From Candidatus Poribacteria bacterium (lineage in GTDB: Bacteria > Poribacteria > WGA-4E > WGA-3G): a stretch of DNA of 64,000 nucleotides. The stretch covers positions 32,001 to 96,000 of the forward strand of contig CBDBFU010000007.1 in assembly GCA_965205025.1 (NCBI GenBank), in the 5' to 3' direction. Positions 62,892-64,000 of the stretch are shown here, in pieces. The position numbers and the translations under genes are program-made. The notes beneath the pieces are model-generated. The model was not told the DNA's origin. It saw only the letters and a program-made list of their open reading frames with translations, and made no database searches. The stretch's first letter is position 1, and each line of letters starts with the position of its first letter.

Positions 62892-64000
62892 ATGGAACAG
62901 ATAACAATTGACTTTGATAAAGGCACCCTTATCCTACAAAACGTCCCAGAGGAAATCCAGTCACAGTTACCAGATATCCGTTGGGATGAACGCACTCTTA
63001 CATACCGTGCCCCTGCTTACCGTTATCGTCATATAGTAACGCATCTTCGTGCTCATAACACGCCATATAATGATTCTGCCCGTCAATTCACCGTAAAAAA
63101 CTTCTCAAGTCAGAAATCCTTATCACCCTATCCGTACCAGTCTGAAGCCATTGATGCGTGGCTTGCCAACAACAAACGTGGCGTTATTAGTCTTCCTACA
63201 GGTGCGGGTAAAACCTTCATTGCGATTCTTCTGATTGAAGATACGCAACGACCTACACTTGTCCATGTCCCAACAATAGATCTGATGCATCAATGGTACG
63301 ACGTACTAAAAGAACACTTCGGACAAGAAGTTGGCTTATATGGGGGTGGACATCACGACTTGAGTGATCTCACTGTTACAACATATCAATCTGCAGTAAT
63401 GCATGCCCCACATTACGGTAATCGGTTCGGTTTTGCTATCTACGATGAATGTCATCATCTTCCAGGTGATCAGTATCAATATGCAGCAATTAGCAGTATT
63501 GCGCCTTTTCGTTTAGGTTTATCGGCAACACCTGATCGTGTGGATGGTAAGGAGAATAGGCTGTATGAATTTGTCGGTGAATGTTGTTATGAAGCAAAGG
63601 TACAGGATCTATCTGGAGACACACTTGCCCCTTATCGTGTTGTGACTATGGCTATAGATATGGAAGACACAGAACGGATACAATATCTTGATGCCCGAAA
63701 GACATATTTAGACTTTCTTAGGAAAGCAAATATCAATATGGGAACATCAAGTGGATGGAGGAATTTTCTGTGGAAATCCTCACAATCCGATGAAGGACGT
63801 GTTGCATTCAAAGCGTATCTAACACAAAAACAACTTAGTTTTGCATCAAAAGCAAAACAGGAATGGGTGTGGAAATTGATACAAAGACATCGTGGTGATA
63901 GGATTATTATCTTCACACAGGATAACGATACTGCTTATGACATTGGAACTCAGTTTTTTTTACCTGTTCTAACACATCAGACAAAACAGAAAGAACGAGC
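62892..64000 (+). CDS. Superfamily 2 helicase (XPB/Rad25-like), runs off the window end
   Basis: Read manually from ATG 62892: PYPYQ, SLPTGAGKT, YDECHHL, GLSATP. Confidence 0.88.
   Translation, partial: MEQITIDFDKGTLILQNVPEEIQSQLPDIRWDERTLTYRAPAYRYRHIVTHLRAHNTPYNDSARQFTVKNFSSQKSLSPYPYQSEAIDAWLANNKRGVISLPTGAGKTFIAILLIEDTQRPTLVHVPTIDLMHQWYDVLKEHFGQEVGLYGGGHHDLSDLTVTTYQSAVMHAPHYGNRFGFAIYDECHHLPGDQYQYAAISSIAPFRLGLSATPDRVDGKENRLYEFVGECCYEAKVQDLSGDTLAPYRVVTMAIDMEDTERIQYLDARKTYLDFLRKANINMGTSSGWRNFLWKSSQSDEGRVAFKAYLTQKQLSFASKAKQEWVWKLIQRHRGDRIIIFTQDNDTAYDIGTQFFLPVLTHQTKQKER

Overview
AT-rich bacterial DNA, most likely Candidatus Poribacteria (inferred from secreted LamG-type proteins ending in the V[E/Q]PxxKLxTxWGx[I/L]K motif and a membrane-anchored ECF sigma factor). 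The main signal is at 7059-17126 (- strand): a tandem cluster of five genes homologous to animal selenoprotein N (SELENON). Each is split by the ORF caller at an in-frame UGA in the motif DGPxxDE[S/A]C-U-[G/A]SGKxLRA, and each has the same hairpin (candidate bacterial SECIS) 17 nt after the UGA. Embedded in the cluster is an ECF sigma factor with a transmembrane helix and the same C-terminal domain that caps the SelN-like proteins. A sixth hidden selenoprotein (thioredoxin fold, UxxC, plus TPR-like helices) lies at 52955-54070. Also present: an IS4-like element, a type III restriction-modification locus whose mod and res genes are separated by about 7 kb of defence-like cargo, several MITE/REP families (one MITE disrupts a LamG gene), two inverted copies of a promoter-bearing non-coding element, tRNA-Leu(CAA), and housekeeping genes (leuCD, hflX, gdh, pdxJ, mnmE-jag-yidC-yidD-rnpA without rpmH). 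Many single-base frameshifts, often in homopolymers, suggest long-read assembly errors, so pseudogene calls are uncertain.
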